From Klebsormidium nitens (taxonomy: Eukaryota; Plantae; Klebsormidiophyceae): DNA of 64,000 nt. The stretch spans positions 225,999-289,998 of the forward strand of contig DF236980.1 of the NCBI GenBank assembly GCA_000708835.1, given 5' to 3'. How positions within the stretch are numbered: position 1 is the first letter of the stretch; each line of letters opens with the position of its first letter. The translations under genes and the position numbers were made by a program. This document shows, piece after piece, positions 62,901 to 64,000 of this stretch. The notes under the pieces were generated by a model. It was not told where the DNA came from. It did no database searches and saw only the letters and a program-made list of their open reading frames with translations.

Positions 62901-63662
62901 TGGCAAGCGCTACAAGCTCAATAGCTTGACCTTTCTTGGAGCGTCAACAAGCAGCTGCAAAAGCGTAACCCGCTTTCTCCTGTCCTTGTTGCCTCCTGAC
63001 CTGAACGGCAGCGCATGAATAATTGAGAGGCGGTCTTCAATATATCAAGACCAACAGAACGATTCAGCGTCCGGAGCAGCACCGACGCCCCTGGATTTCT
63101 ACAAACGCGCGCTGTCGTGGACGACTAAAGTAATGAACAACCAATTGAGGTAAGCCAGACAGGTTGACCTCTCACCTTCTGCGCTACCGGCCACATCCAG
63201 CGACTTGCACAGCTGACTCTCCACCCCGGACGCCATCGCCTGCCTAAATGCCTGCGCCGCGACTTCCCGGCCCTCCGCGTCCGGCGCTCGCGACAGCTCC
63301 CCCGCTGACCTCAGCGCATCCGCCACGAACAGCGTCCCCTCGAGCACCGCCCCTGTGCGTGACGTCACCCCCAGCTTCGCGTAGAGTCTCAGCGCCGCGG
63401 CAGCGAGGAGCACGGTCGCCTTGGCTTCCCGGCCGAACGCGGAGACGCTCCGCCGGAGAATTCCAAAGGCTTTTGTTTGGACGGGCTGGAAATGACTGTC
63501 CGAAGCATCCGAAGATGCCACGTGGACAACGGCTTTAAGAATCTCGTCTCGGACGGGTGCGGTCCAGGCAGTCGGGTGAGAGAGGAGGTTGGAGGCGATT
63601 CGCAGGGCGGAGTCTGCGGGGGCAAGGGTCGGAAGGGCGCCCGGTTGCAATTGCAGAAGGGC
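56933..63662 (-). CDS. TIO: TIO/FUSED (STK36) kinase, C-terminal ARM/HEAT region (5' part beyond the window); exons 63662-63176, 62689-62385, 62008-61245, 60340-60060, 59633-59485, 58570-58371, 57882-57708, 57394-56933
   Basis: DFLLAISQLARLSKDYY, VRSRACNLLGNMCRHSAYFY, DPDRATRKFACFA|VGNAGFHNDSLY and EEKTRANAAGALGNLVRNS. All phases are consistent. Confidence 0.92.
57883..58370 (-). repeat. TIO intron made of 3 extra copies of the 3' splice site plus the exon start (period ~128-131 bp; one 183-bp spacing)
   Basis: Minus-strand units: gcttgcag|gtacctaaaccacccg (real, 57883), cgcgcag|gtacctgattcacccg (58066), tatgcag|ttacctgattcacccg (58194), tgtgcag|gtctccgtatcacccg (58325). Confidence 0.88.
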
Positions 63663-64000
63663 CTGAGGGGAAAGCGAAAGCTGGTGTTAGAGCTGACGCC
63701 AATATTGACGAATGAAGTCGGAGGTAATGAGCAGATTTGAAGCAAGCAATGGAGCACGTCATCCGGATCGAAACAGCAAGTCACTTGGCAGGAACGCCCG
63801 AAATGTGTTTCAGTCTTTGCATTCAAGTGAATTACCGAACGGTCGTATCCACTAAAGCCGACCCTCCGGCTTCCAAGATAACCAGACACGTTACGCTTGG
63901 ATCATGCTGCCATGAAGCGCTTACATCACGCTTGAACTCACAAACATGCTGCCAGGAAGCACCCATATTTCGGCAAACAAGCTGGCACTCGCATCGACAG

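Noticed and set aside
1-64000. tRNA, rRNA or autonomous transposon/retroelement ORFs
   Set aside because: No cloverleaf, rRNA, transposase, RT or integrase signatures were recognised by eye; tRNAscan-SE and Infernal were not run.

Overview
Eukaryotic nuclear DNA: gene-dense, with GT-AG introns and a moderate-to-high GC content judged by eye. The plant-type gene set (CURT1, TIO/FUSED, DUF3082, SnRK2-like, LRR-EDR1 kinase) points to a streptophyte alga, Klebsormidium-like (inference). I could rebuild 13 phase-consistent gene models: DUF3082(-), METTL21-like methyltransferase(+), SnRK2-derived pseudokinase(-), conserved streptophyte unknown protein(-), ALG14(+), LAG1 ceramide synthase(-), eIF4B-related(+), CURT1(-), LRR-EDR1 kinase(+), SEN54(-), intronless AVT1-like transporter(+), a small gene with a prokaryote-like domain(-) and the 3' part of TIO/FUSED(-). 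The small gene also has a pseudogenised tandem copy. Most striking observations: (1) three introns in two unrelated genes are built from stacked ~125-146 bp copies of 'intron 3' end + AG + start of the downstream exon'; (2) a kinase with SnRK2 exon architecture whose catalytic loop is destroyed; (3) an intron-containing gene with a presequence-like N-terminus and a DUF4160-like domain, whose twin carries a MITE (9-bp TSD) inserted exactly at its ATG; (4) the palindrome TGACGTCA occurs at least 16 times where about 1 is expected. Family assignments come from motif recall, not database searches.
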